From contig JAZGFI010000090.1 in assembly GCA_036479435.1 (NCBI GenBank), positions 14,846 to 78,845 on the forward strand: DNA of 64,000 nt, written 5' to 3'. The position numbers and the translations under genes were made by a program. Position 1 is the first letter of the stretch. Each line of letters opens with the position of its first letter. Shown piece by piece: positions 38,262 through 47,560 of this stretch. Under the pieces are notes generated by a model, which saw nothing but the letters and a program-made list of their open reading frames with translations, was not told the DNA's origin and did not search any database. The DNA comes from Planctomycetota bacterium. GTDB lineage: Bacteria; Planctomycetota; GCA-002687715; DRQF01.

Positions 38262-38813
38262 ATGCCTATGAGCCGCCAAGAAAAACTAATTGTCGTCATC
38301 GTCGGTTTCTCCGTCCTTTCCTTGGTTGCATTTGTCCTCATTCTGTGGGCAGCGCGGCGCTTGTCCGAGCCGCCAGAGCCAGGGAGTGAGAGATTCGCAT
38401 CGCACCTTGCGGAACTCGACAACTTCAATCGAGATCATTCCGTCCCCGGCCCCGCCATGGCGCCAGACGAGGTTGTCCGGCGGATAGAGGGTTTTGGCTA
38501 CGAGCTTGGCCGCGAGATCATCGCGGTGCAGGGAATCGTCGTGACCGTCGTTGGCTTGAATCGACCGGGGAAGAGCCGCATGCCTAAGGGTGGGTCCGTA
38601 CCCGCCGCGGCGGCCGGTCAAGGCGTGGATTTCGGGATTCGTGTGGTCCTCAGGGGCCTTAGTCGGACCTGGCTGAACTGCTATTTCGCGGAAGCGAGCC
38701 GCGAGCAACTACAGTTCCTCGAAGCTGGCGACGAAGTTCGGGTGCGCGGCGTCGTTGCCAAATGGCACGACAAGATCGGCCTGCATTTGTGCCGAATCGC
38801 AACCAAAGACTGA
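38262..38813 (+). CDS. Hypothetical membrane-anchored protein
   Basis: N-terminal TM 'LIVVIVGFSVLSLVAFVLILWAA'. No recognisable domain. Confidence 0.4.
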   Translation: MPMSRQEKLIVVIVGFSVLSLVAFVLILWAARRLSEPPEPGSERFASHLAELDNFNRDHSVPGPAMAPDEVVRRIEGFGYELGREIIAVQGIVVTVVGLNRPGKSRMPKGGSVPAAAAGQGVDFGIRVVLRGLSRTWLNCYFAEASREQLQFLEAGDEVRVRGVVAKWHDKIGLHLCRIATKD

Positions 38814-38832
38814 TCTCGCGAATTGCGGTCAG

Positions 38833-39555
38833 CTAGCCGACGTCGTCGATCGAATCGACGGTGCGCGCGCCAAAGTAGACTTCTTCGGGACGCTTGCTTC
38901 GTTTAACGAACAGCATGACCCAGATCAGAAACGAGTATAAAGCGGCCACGCCCACGATCTGGTACCAAGGGCTCAAGCCCGTGAGGCGCAGCGTGGCGAG
39001 AAGATTTGGCATCACGTCCGTCTTTTCCAAGACGTCGATTTGGGTTTGGCGCACTTTGATGACCCAAGCGACCAACAGCACCAAAAAGAGTAAGCAGTAA
39101 TTGCTCATGAGCCGCGCGCGGATCGCGCGCAGAAAACTGATCTTATAGGTCGGTGTCAGAAGATCTTCGGCAACGTAGAAACCCCAGTTCTCGACCGGGC
39201 TGGTCAGGTCACGGCGGAGAATCGGAACGTAGAAGTTCTCCTCAATGCGCCGTACTCGGTTGCGCCAAGCGTCGTAAAAACGAAATCGGCGGCCTTCTAA
39301 ATAGAGCATGGTGAAGACCATGTACATGCCCAAGACGAGCACAATGAGGCTATCCGCAGGGGAATGGCTAAAGGCGTAGGACAATAGCGCGCCGATGGAA
39401 ATAACCGCCCAGTTGGTCGTGACATCAAGGCGCGTGCGCCAAACTTGAGCCCGATGCTGTTCGCCACGATAAAGATGCACCATCGCCGAAATGTACTCGG
39501 CGCGAGAAAGAGGTACTTCTTCGAAACTCGATTCGTCGTGAGGTCTCGCCATCAT
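38833..39555 (-). CDS. Integral membrane protein (DUF2270-like)
   Basis: 4-5 TM helices. N-terminus 'RAEYISAMVHLYRGEQHRAQVWRTRLDVTTNWAVISIG' resembles the DUF2270 family as I recall it. Confidence 0.45.
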   Translation of the reverse strand: MMARPHDESSFEEVPLSRAEYISAMVHLYRGEQHRAQVWRTRLDVTTNWAVISIGALLSYAFSHSPADSLIVLVLGMYMVFTMLYLEGRRFRFYDAWRNRVRRIEENFYVPILRRDLTSPVENWGFYVAEDLLTPTYKISFLRAIRARLMSNYCLLFLVLLVAWVIKVRQTQIDVLEKTDVMPNLLATLRLTGLSPWYQIVGVAALYSFLIWVMLFVKRSKRPEEVYFGARTVDSIDDVG

Positions 39556-39617
39556 GGCTCCTAGTGACCCGAATCATGGCTGGGTCTAGCACGAGCGTAG
39601 CAGGCAGCCCTCGCGAT

Positions 39618-40127
39618 TCAACGAGAGTCGGGATCTGATGCGCTCGCCTGATCTTGTCGATTGGGGGCCGAAAGCTGCCGCCATGCTTCCCAGGCCACAA
39701 TGCCGACTGCGGTTGCGAGATTGAGGCTGCGAATCGGACCGGGCTGGTCAATACGCAGCCTCGCAGCCCCGAAGTCGCGATGAATCTCGGGGGGGAGGCC
39801 CCGAGATTCGCTCCCGAACGCCAAAACATCGTCGGGTTGGAAGGTGAATTGGCTGAGAGCTGTTTCGCCTTGGGTGGTCACCGCGACGAGACGTCTGTTG
39901 CCGGCAGATTCGAGCAAATGCCACACGCTGGCTTGCCGAAAGAGCTGCACCGCGTCCCAATAGTCGAGCCCCGCCCGGCGTAAAGCCTTGTCCGACATGC
40001 CAAACGCTGGTTCGCCCACGATGTGGAGGGGGACTTCGTAGGCCGCGCTGATCCGAGCCGCATTACCGGTGTTGGGGGCGATTTCAGGCTCGAAAAGGGC
40101 CAAGTGAAAAAGCGGAGATTTCGCCAT
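39618..40127 (-). CDS. trmL: tRNA (cytidine/uridine-2'-O)-methyltransferase TrmL (SpoU/TrmH family)
   Basis: 'HLALFEPEIAPNTGNAARISAAYEVPLHIV', 'RRAGLDYWDAV', and the SPOUT knot 'VLAFGSESRGLP' plus 'LNLATAVGIVAWEAWRQ'. Confidence 0.85.
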   Translation of the reverse strand: MAKSPLFHLALFEPEIAPNTGNAARISAAYEVPLHIVGEPAFGMSDKALRRAGLDYWDAVQLFRQASVWHLLESAGNRRLVAVTTQGETALSQFTFQPDDVLAFGSESRGLPPEIHRDFGAARLRIDQPGPIRSLNLATAVGIVAWEAWRQLSAPNRQDQASASDPDSR

Positions 40128-40186
40128 GTCGTCAACCAGCTCCACGCTTGAATTCGCTCTCTCTGTCTCCTATCCTCTCCCCCTAT

Positions 40187-40259
40187 GGGGACGTAGCTCA
40201 ATTGGGAGAGCGTCACGTTCGCAACGTGAAGGTCGTCGGTTCGATCCCGATCGTCTCCA
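40187..40259 (+). tRNA. tRNA-Ala (anticodon CGC)
   Basis: Manual fold: acceptor GGGGACG/CGTCTCC with G3:U70 (the Ala identity pair), D-arm GCTC-AATTGGG-AGAGC, anticodon stem TCACG/CGTGA with loop TTCGCAA, T-arm GTCGG-TTCGATC-CCGAT, and discriminator A. No encoded CCA. Confidence 0.85.
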
Positions 40260-40294
40260 CTTTAGGCCGCGAGGAATCGCGGGCCGAGATACTG

Positions 40295-40336
40295 ACCGCC
40301 GTGGGCTGTGAAACAGCTGCGGCGGTTTCTTTTTTG
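40295..40336 (+). terminator. Rho-independent terminator downstream of tRNA-Ala (ACCGCCG...CGGCGGT + TTTCTTTTTTG)
   Basis: Imperfect hairpin plus a strong U-tract, read from the sequence. A second small GGCC hairpin + TTTTTCT follows at about 40341-40370. Confidence 0.55.
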
Positions 40337-40350
40337 CTGCGGCCAGTGAA

Positions 40351-41076
40351 TCAATCGCGGCCGTTTTTCTCCTGCCCTCCGGGGATGTTCCCGCTCACGT
40401 ACAAGGGAAGGTCGACAGCCTCGATTGCGGCGACCCCCGCGATCTGGGTGGTCAAGGCTTGGAGCAACAAAGCGCTCGCCGCAGTACTGGCGGACCCCGC
40501 GCGCCGCTGAGGGTCGGGACCGATCTTCACCAGAGTGTCGCCATAGGGACTGAGATTGTTGAGATTCAGGTGCGCCACCTCGCGCAGTCGCTGCCTGGAG
40601 GGGTGTCGGGAGTCGAGCGCTTCGTCGTAGGCGAAGCTGGAGATGCTGACGACGAAGGCTCCGCTGTCGCGTCCGGCCTTGGCCGCGTCCACCGGCGCGG
40701 CATTTACGCCGCTCGTCGAGACCACGATCAAAGAGTCACGCGCTCCGAGACCCTTGGCCTCCACGAGTTTGTTTGCCCAGCCCGGTTTTTTCTCATGATC
40801 CGAAGTTGCCGCCACCGGTTCGTGATCTAGGGTAACCCGCGAATCAAAGAGAAACACAGCGGCCTTAAGGCCTCCGGCCCGGTAGTAGATGTCTTGCCCC
40901 GCCAAACCGGAGTGTCCGCAACCAAAAACAAACAGCCGACCACCCTCGCTCAGGCGGCTGCTGATCTCCTCTGATGCCTGGTCCAGAGCCTCGGCATTGC
41001 TGCCCTCCAGTGCACTCAGTTGCTCCAAGGCCGCGGTGAAGAATGCCGTTCGAAATCGTTCGCCGCTCATCTTCAA
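40351..41076 (-). CDS. SIS (sugar isomerase) domain-containing protein, paralog 1
   Basis: 'GGRLFVFGCGHSGLAG' is the phosphosugar-binding P-loop of SIS domains. 'SLIVVSTSGVNAAPVDAAKAGRDSGAFVV' follows. Confidence 0.55.
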   Translation of the reverse strand: MKMSGERFRTAFFTAALEQLSALEGSNAEALDQASEEISSRLSEGGRLFVFGCGHSGLAGQDIYYRAGGLKAAVFLFDSRVTLDHEPVAATSDHEKKPGWANKLVEAKGLGARDSLIVVSTSGVNAAPVDAAKAGRDSGAFVVSISSFAYDEALDSRHPSRQRLREVAHLNLNNLSPYGDTLVKIGPDPQRRAGSASTAASALLLQALTTQIAGVAAIEAVDLPLYVSGNIPGGQEKNGRD

Positions 41077-41819
41077 ATCCCTCGTTCGTGATAAAGCCGT
41101 TCTTGTTCGGCGTTGAATTGAAAGCCTTCCGGGAGATTGACGCTCTTATAAATCGCAGGTTTTAGGCCGCGAGCGACCAGGGCTTCTGCGATCTCGACCA
41201 TCAGCGACCACAAGGCCACGGCGGTGAGGACTCCTGAACTGGCACCGACTTTGGCATCTAGACCGTTGATCTCAATCAAGGCGTCGCCGAAAGGAGAACC
41301 CATGTCCACGACGGCATCGGCGACCTCAAACAAGCGTTTGCCACTGCTGTGTCTTGGCTCGAGCGTTTTTGAAAACGCAACGGAAGTAAGAACGATGAGC
41401 TTGAGGCCGCGTTTTTTGGCCTCCAATCCGACGCCGACCGTAAAGGGCTCTTTGCCGGAGTTTGAGACTTGGATCAAGACGTCACCGCGGCGGACATGGC
41501 TTTTGTCGAGTAGCAGAGCGGCCAAGTCTTCGCGGTCGTAAAAGTACTTTTGGCGAATCAGGTCGAGACTGGCTTCGCGCCCTGGCGGCAGCCGGTGCTC
41601 CGCTTCGACTCTCAATTCTAAGTGGTGAAGGCCCAAGAATCCGCCGGCGCGGCGGATCGGTTCCTCCTTCATATGGCCGGTGTCGAAGTGGTGCATTGCA
41701 CCTTTTTCGGCCACACAATCTGCGGCGATGGTGGCAGCGCGGGTTAGCGCCTCTCCCTCGCGGCTCGCGAAGTCTTCGATCAACGAACCAATGTCGCTTA
41801 AGTACTTAAGGCCGAGCAT
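41073..41819 (-). CDS. SIS domain-containing protein, paralog 2
   Basis: 'GDVLIQVSNSGKEPFTVGVGLEAKKRGLKLIVLTS' plus a 4-nt overlap with paralog 1. Both share the same SIS-like architecture. Confidence 0.55.
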   Translation of the reverse strand: MLGLKYLSDIGSLIEDFASREGEALTRAATIAADCVAEKGAMHHFDTGHMKEEPIRRAGGFLGLHHLELRVEAEHRLPPGREASLDLIRQKYFYDREDLAALLLDKSHVRRGDVLIQVSNSGKEPFTVGVGLEAKKRGLKLIVLTSVAFSKTLEPRHSSGKRLFEVADAVVDMGSPFGDALIEINGLDAKVGASSGVLTAVALWSLMVEIAEALVARGLKPAIYKSVNLPEGFQFNAEQERLYHERGI

Positions 41820-42118
41820 GTGGAGTTTCCTTTTCCTTTTTCACCATGATTGCAGGGGGCTCTGACTGCCGCGAGCGCGGCGGGGATTTTCATTCATGTT
41901 CAGGCCTTTTGATCTTGGGCCGATACATGGGACTGAGTTGATTCCTCCGCGTACCCAAAGCCGAGCCAAAACTCACCAGACAATTCGCAGATACGGGAAG
42001 GACGCTAAGAGTCCTTTATCTCCCCTTCGCTATGGCGAGGACGGTTTGCTTCCCGCGTCGACCTGACTTTCGACCGCGTATCGGCGTCTGCAAGGACGCC
42101 GACCCAAGGAGCGTCCGT

Positions 42119-44674
42119 ATGAACCAAAGTCCACGTGCACTATGGCTTTTCTTTGTCGCCACCGTGTTCAGCGTTGGCATCACTTCGAGTGCCGTGCAAG
42201 CGCAAGACCTCGGGATTCCCGTCAACGTTGAGAATCCGACGGATGTGGATCGGTTCAATGAACCGGTCGCTTCAGGCTCTGCGGTGCCACCGAGTGCCAA
42301 CCTCTACGATCCCAACCTCGTGCTGCGGATGGTCGATTCTGCGGGACAGCCGGTTCCGGTAGAATTCAATGTTCTGTCACGCTGGCACGGCAAGCGCGAA
42401 GACGTCACGAAGACCGCCAAGTGGGCCTTGATTAAATTCCTGGCCGACGTTCCGGCAAATCAAATCGCGACCTATTACATCCAGTTTGGCGCCAGAGCCA
42501 CTGGCTCGATTACCAGGGACGACTCCGCGACTGAGATTCAGGTGAACACGGGCACGGCGGAGTTTGTGATCGACAAACAAAGCTTCAGCTTCCTGAAGAG
42601 TGTCAAAGTCGGGGCGACGATCGTCACCGGCGCTCCCGGGAGAGTCGATGTTCGCGACACGGCGGGCAACCTTTTGGACCTTTCGCTTGCTTCAACGGTC
42701 GTTGAAGACGCCGGCGACGTGCGCACCGTCGTTCGTCAAAAAGGCAGCATCACCGGGCTTGGGCTTGATTTTACGATCCGCTACTTCTTTTGGAGCGGTC
42801 GCAGCGACGTCAAAGTCGAATTCAGGCTCGAGAACCAAGGTTCCTACGGTGAAGTCTACGGCATGGGTTCTTCCATCCAGCACGCCTGGTTCGAGGATGT
42901 GAACCTCACCTTGACGCTCAATCAAGACGACGGAGACATTGTGACAAGCGAACAAGACATCGCGAGTCAAGGAGCGGCCTTCGAACTGCGTCAAGACTTC
43001 GGTCAAACAACCAGCAACTTGGACATGCTTTCTGGATTCAAGTACAGCCAGACCCTGTCGGGAGTGGCTCTTTCTGGTGGTGGTCGTTATTCCGGCGCTT
43101 TGGCGCTCAATGGATCCACCGCCAGCATTGGGGTTGCTGTCGATCGTTTTTGGCAGAACTTTCCGAAGTCCTTGTCGAGCAACGCGGATGAGATCTCGGT
43201 AGGCCTGTGGCCGGCGTTTGGTAGCGGCCCAGTGTACTACGGGCAGTGGGGAACTCCTGCCTCGGCAAACATCGACGTCGTGGCCGATGACTTTTACCGA
43301 TTTGAAGGCGGTCGTTGGAAAACATACGTCGTCAACATCGACTTCAAAGTTGCCGGCAATTTCTCACCTTCGGACGTCGCGGCTTCGGCGAAGCGCATCA
43401 ACAAACCGCTCATGGCCTTGCTGCCGCTGGGATGGCCGTTTCGCTTTTTCGCCTTCGGGCATCCTTTGATCGAGCGGCGCGAATGGAACGACACTGCCCG
43501 AGATCGTTACGAACAGATCGTTCAAGTCCTCGCTGATGATGACGCGGCTGACGACAGCCCGCTGGGAAAGATCGGCCTTCCGGAGTTCCGCAATCGTGGA
43601 GGCACCTACGGGGGCGGGCAGTTCTTTGGATGGACCAACTTCGGCGACTTGATTTGGGGTGACGGCTACTGCTCAAACCACTACGACCTACCTTGGTCAA
43701 TTCTCATTAACTACTACCGCACTGGCGACTACAAGTTCTTCGATGTCGGTCGCGATATTGCCAACCACCGTCGCGACTACGACCAGTTTCACTCGACCGA
43801 CCCGTCGATCTATCGCCGCGGCGGCCAGTTCTACGAGAAGGGTTGGACCCACGGGAACTTCCGTTCGCCAACCCACACTCACACTTGGGTGAACGGCCTG
43901 TTGATCAAGTACATTCTGACCGGAGACGAAGGCGCCCGCGAGGCGGCCCTTGAAGTCGGCGACTTTCTCGTGCGAGGCGATCCTGGCAACTGGGATGGAG
44001 TGTGGGGGGCGCGAATTCTCGGCTGGGAAGTCGAAGGCCTCATGAACCTCTACAACTACATCGGCGATCCGGTCTACTTGCAGACGGCTCAAGAGGGTGT
44101 CGCCCAATGGGAAGTCCTCGAACTGTCCTTCGGTGGTGGCGGCTACGTCCTCAACAACGGTTGGTCGACGCCCACGAACCAATCATGGATGCACGCCATC
44201 GTGCTTTCCGCGATCGGCAAGTACTACCTCACGACGCTTGATCCCTCGGTTTTGCCGGTGATGCAGCGCATGGCAGATTGGTTTTTGGTGCATGCGGTCG
44301 CTGAGTTGCCCACGGGAGCGTGGAACAACCGAACGACAGGGAAGATCTGGGAGTTCTATGACGGGACCGACCACTGGGGAGCGAGCGTCCACCATCAGTG
44401 GGCGGTGATCGATGCCCTGGGCTACGCCGCGGTCGCCTTGCACGACCAGAACTTTATGATGGTCTCCCAGTCGCTCTTCGAGAGTGTCACGCGTTACTTC
44501 CAAGGCAGTTCCGGCGATTCGTCGCCGAAAAACTACTGGGATTCGGACAGCTTCTCGGCAATTTCTTTCAAGCCCGCGCAGTTTGCAACGTCGGAGACCA
44601 AGGCCCTGAGCAACATGGCTCTATGGGGTCAATCCCATCTCGCCTTTGAGGCGCTCTGGGAGGGCTACTTCTAA
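42119..44674 (+). CDS. Large secreted hypothetical protein (852 aa); C-terminal half resembles an alpha/alpha-toroid glycoside hydrolase/lyase-like domain
   Basis: Signal peptide 'LWLFFVATVFSVGITSSAVQAQ'. A beta-rich N-terminus and a Trp/Tyr-rich C-terminus. No confident family assignment by eye. Confidence 0.55.
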   Translation: MNQSPRALWLFFVATVFSVGITSSAVQAQDLGIPVNVENPTDVDRFNEPVASGSAVPPSANLYDPNLVLRMVDSAGQPVPVEFNVLSRWHGKREDVTKTAKWALIKFLADVPANQIATYYIQFGARATGSITRDDSATEIQVNTGTAEFVIDKQSFSFLKSVKVGATIVTGAPGRVDVRDTAGNLLDLSLASTVVEDAGDVRTVVRQKGSITGLGLDFTIRYFFWSGRSDVKVEFRLENQGSYGEVYGMGSSIQHAWFEDVNLTLTLNQDDGDIVTSEQDIASQGAAFELRQDFGQTTSNLDMLSGFKYSQTLSGVALSGGGRYSGALALNGSTASIGVAVDRFWQNFPKSLSSNADEISVGLWPAFGSGPVYYGQWGTPASANIDVVADDFYRFEGGRWKTYVVNIDFKVAGNFSPSDVAASAKRINKPLMALLPLGWPFRFFAFGHPLIERREWNDTARDRYEQIVQVLADDDAADDSPLGKIGLPEFRNRGGTYGGGQFFGWTNFGDLIWGDGYCSNHYDLPWSILINYYRTGDYKFFDVGRDIANHRRDYDQFHSTDPSIYRRGGQFYEKGWTHGNFRSPTHTHTWVNGLLIKYILTGDEGAREAALEVGDFLVRGDPGNWDGVWGARILGWEVEGLMNLYNYIGDPVYLQTAQEGVAQWEVLELSFGGGGYVLNNGWSTPTNQSWMHAIVLSAIGKYYLTTLDPSVLPVMQRMADWFLVHAVAELPTGAWNNRTTGKIWEFYDGTDHWGASVHHQWAVIDALGYAAVALHDQNFMMVSQSLFESVTRYFQGSSGDSSPKNYWDSDSFSAISFKPAQFATSETKALSNMALWGQSHLAFEALWEGYF

Positions 44675-44766
44675 TCGAGCCGCATGAGCTGATTAGACCC
44701 AAAACCGCAATATAAATTGGATCGGTCTGGTGCCTGGGGGGGATTTCTGGGCCGACCATATTTATC

Positions 44767-44800
44767 GGCCGCGAGCTTGTAGCTCGCGGCCACTTTTTTT
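44767..44800 (+). terminator. Rho-independent terminator (GGCCGCGAGCT-TGT-AGCTCGCGGCC + ACTTTTTTT)
   Basis: Perfect 11-bp stem followed by T7, read from the sequence. Confidence 0.75.
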
Positions 44801-44832
44801 GCTCACCGCCTTTGGCGTGCTAAGACTCCTCT

Positions 44833-45474
44833 ATGCCCAGTATTAAGAGTCGAATCCGCGGCGGCGAAACCGCGATCCTTGAGTACAAAAAGACTTGCCC
44901 CACACCTCGTAAACTCGCGCGGGTCATCGCGGCTTTTGCCAATGGTGCTGGCGGTGAGATCGTCGTGGGCATCTCCGACCAGGCCGAGATCCTTGGTGTT
45001 GAGGACCCTGAGGCCGAGATCAACTCCATCGAGACTGCGCTCGAGTACTTAGAGCCCAAACCCGAATTGAAAATCGAGACCGTCGTGCACGAGTTGCGCG
45101 ACCTCGTTTTTGTCACCGTCGCCGCGCGTGATGACTTGAAATTCGTTGAACTCTTCGACGACAATCCCAAAAAAGGCCTCGTCTACGTCCGTGTCTTTTC
45201 CGAGACGCGGCCCTTGGATCGCGACATCGTCAAAGACGCGATTCGGCTCCGCCGGCGTTACGGCGGAGACCCGCGTCTATCCGCTGACGAGCTAAAACTC
45301 GTCACTTGGCTTTGGACCAATGGCGAAGCCAAAGAGCCCGTATGTGCCGGCAAGTTCAACTTTTCAGATCGCCGGCTCAGAAAGCTCGCCGAGACCTGCA
45401 TCGGTAAGGGCCTCGTTATCCACTGCCGCAGTGCTGATGGCCGCACTTACATCGGTCTTAGACCCGGCACCTAA
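44833..45474 (+). CDS. AlbA_2 (Schlafen-like divergent AAA) DNA-binding domain protein; putative transcriptional regulator
   Basis: 'GGETAILEYKKT...LARVIAAFANGAGGEIVVGISDQAEILGVED' is the typical AlbA_2 (PF04326) N-terminal block. A short wHTH-like C-terminus follows. Confidence 0.55.
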   Translation: MPSIKSRIRGGETAILEYKKTCPTPRKLARVIAAFANGAGGEIVVGISDQAEILGVEDPEAEINSIETALEYLEPKPELKIETVVHELRDLVFVTVAARDDLKFVELFDDNPKKGLVYVRVFSETRPLDRDIVKDAIRLRRRYGGDPRLSADELKLVTWLWTNGEAKEPVCAGKFNFSDRRLRKLAETCIGKGLVIHCRSADGRTYIGLRPGT

Positions 45475-45598
45475 GCCTCTTTTTCGCCAAGGCCTCGGCG
45501 AAGCTCTTTTCCGCTTGCGGTTAGAGATTTAGAGCCACCCTGATGCTGTCATTCGGGTATACATGGGCGGGGAAAATCTAGCTCAGGAGGCTCGATCC

Positions 45599-47278
45599 AT
45601 GTACCGGCCCCTAAACCTTGGCGCAAAGGCCTTTGTGTTCTCGCTTTGTCTGATGGGATCTTTGGCCGTCGCTTGCCAGGTTGCCAGCGCACAGTCATTG
45701 CCTTCATCTGGTGCCTTGATCACCGAGCCTTTTCCGGGTGAGGGCACTTGCATCAGCATGGGCGACTTGAACGGCGACGGCTGTGATGAGTTCTATCTCG
45801 ACCTCGTCGAATTTCGCCCTTTCCTGCATGTGCTCTTCAAAAGAGCCATCGTCGATGGTGCGACGGGCTTGCCGTTTCGCCTACTCCACGATTGGGTAGC
45901 CCCCTTCCAAAGCTTTGTGCCGAGCGAAAGTGCGTTCCCGCTTGGCGACCTCGACGGGGACGGTGATGGCGAATACGCGATCATGACCGTTGACGACTTT
46001 AATCCCTTGAGCATTATCACCTTGGTCGAAGTCTACTCTGGGACCGCTGTGGCCCCGCTCTATGTGATTTCTTGGCCAGGGATTTCCTTGCGCGGTCGCA
46101 ACGTTTTTCCACTTGGTGATGTCGACAGAGACGGCATCGGCGACATTGGGATACGAGCAACAGCCGCTCCCAGCAGTCCCCGCTCCGAGAGTCTCTTTCA
46201 AATCAGTAGTGGGGCCACCGGGTCCTTTATCTTTGGCACTCAGTCGGCAACGCTGCCGCTTTCTGCCTGGGCCGCGCTTGGCGACGTCAACGCCGACGGC
46301 CACGGCGACTACGCCATTTCTTCGGCCGCAGCTTCGATTCTCCACACCAACGGCGGCGTCGCGACCATTGTCTCTGGCGCCAACTTCAACATCCTGCACA
46401 CTTTCTTCGGGTCGGTACCCAACGAGTTCCTCGGCGAACAACTCTTGCCGCTTCCCGACCAAGATGGTGACGGTGCCCAAGACTTATTGATCTTCGCTCG
46501 CGGCTACATGGTGAATGGAAGTCTCGTGGGCCGCGTCCGCGCCCGCTCCAGCGCCACCGGCAATGTGCTATGGCAAATCGTCCCGCCGCCAGGGACCTTT
46601 TTTCAGTCGCTAACCGCAGCTGGCGATCTCGACGGCAACGGCGACGATGACTTCGCGATTCGAATCATCGGCCTCGGCCCTCAGACCTCTCAGATCGTTT
46701 ACTCCGGCAGCGACGGCAGCGAGTTGTTCCCTCTCCAATACCCCTCCCTACTTCTGGGCACCGGCATCGGTGAGTCCTTCGTCGGCGACACCAATGGCGA
46801 CGGTTTCGACGAACTCGCCGTCATGGAATCGATCATCACCTCGCCAGTGGGGCCGGGAGTCCCCAACGACATCGGTACCGTCACGATCGCTCGCCGCCAG
46901 CTCTACGGCGCCCAGTCCTACGGTGCCGCCACGCTCGGAAGTACTCTTTCTCTCGATTGGGCCCCTAACGCAGGTCAATCGCAACTGGGCTTCATCGAAC
47001 TCAACGGTGCTGCGCCCAACGCCCAACTCTTTTTCGGCGTCAGCCTCGCTCCCTGGGACGGATCGACCTTCGGCGCCAATCACCCCCTGTGGATTTCTCC
47101 TTTGCCCCAAGACCTCTTCATCACGGCTTCCGTCCTCGCCGACGCCAACGGTCAGTTCCGCTCCTTCGAAACCCTCTCACGTCCTGAAATCGCGGGAATT
47201 TCCCTCTACCTCCAAGGGGCCCAAACCACCGCCCCCGACGCCATCTCCAACGGCCTCCAACTCCTCTACGGCAACTAG
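45599..47278 (+). CDS. Secreted FG-GAP/VCBS repeat (integrin-alpha-like beta-propeller) protein
   Basis: Signal 'FVFSLCLMGSLAVACQVASAQ'. Repeated 'GD(L/V)(N/D)GDG..D' calcium-binding loops occur at least seven times. Confidence 0.7.
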   Translation: MYRPLNLGAKAFVFSLCLMGSLAVACQVASAQSLPSSGALITEPFPGEGTCISMGDLNGDGCDEFYLDLVEFRPFLHVLFKRAIVDGATGLPFRLLHDWVAPFQSFVPSESAFPLGDLDGDGDGEYAIMTVDDFNPLSIITLVEVYSGTAVAPLYVISWPGISLRGRNVFPLGDVDRDGIGDIGIRATAAPSSPRSESLFQISSGATGSFIFGTQSATLPLSAWAALGDVNADGHGDYAISSAAASILHTNGGVATIVSGANFNILHTFFGSVPNEFLGEQLLPLPDQDGDGAQDLLIFARGYMVNGSLVGRVRARSSATGNVLWQIVPPPGTFFQSLTAAGDLDGNGDDDFAIRIIGLGPQTSQIVYSGSDGSELFPLQYPSLLLGTGIGESFVGDTNGDGFDELAVMESIITSPVGPGVPNDIGTVTIARRQLYGAQSYGAATLGSTLSLDWAPNAGQSQLGFIELNGAAPNAQLFFGVSLAPWDGSTFGANHPLWISPLPQDLFITASVLADANGQFRSFETLSRPEIAGISLYLQGAQTTAPDAISNGLQLLYGN

Positions 47279-47352
47279 GACCCCAAGCCAAATCACGATC
47301 CCAAAGTCCACTTGAACCCCGCCTACCCGGCCCCTATAGTCTCCCTCGCTCA

Positions 47353-47426
47353 GGGCGATTAGCTCAGCTGGTTAGAGCGCTTCGTTCACACCGAAGAGGT
47401 CACAGGTTCGAATCCTGTATCGCCCA
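47353..47426 (+). tRNA. tRNA-Val (anticodon CAC)
   Basis: Manual fold: acceptor GGGCGAT/ATCGCCC, D-arm GCTC-AGCTGGTTA-GAGC, anticodon stem CTTCG/CGAAG with loop TTCACAC, T-arm ACAGG-TTCGAAT-CCTGT, and discriminator A. Sits immediately upstream of an integrase. Confidence 0.85.
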
Positions 47427-47560
47427 CTTTCTTAACTTTCGCCGACGCCTGAACTTCAGGCAACCCGCCCCAAAGGCGGCGCGGCCGCAACCTCAAGAGT
47501 TCTCGGTTACCAGTATCCGTTTCAGGATTTGGTAGCCGTCGAAAGAGGAGACGGCGCGCT

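Noticed and set aside
40148-40510. 120-aa + ORF spanning tRNA-Ala and its terminator
   Set aside because: Contains the tRNA-Ala gene and terminator hairpins. Implausible as coding.
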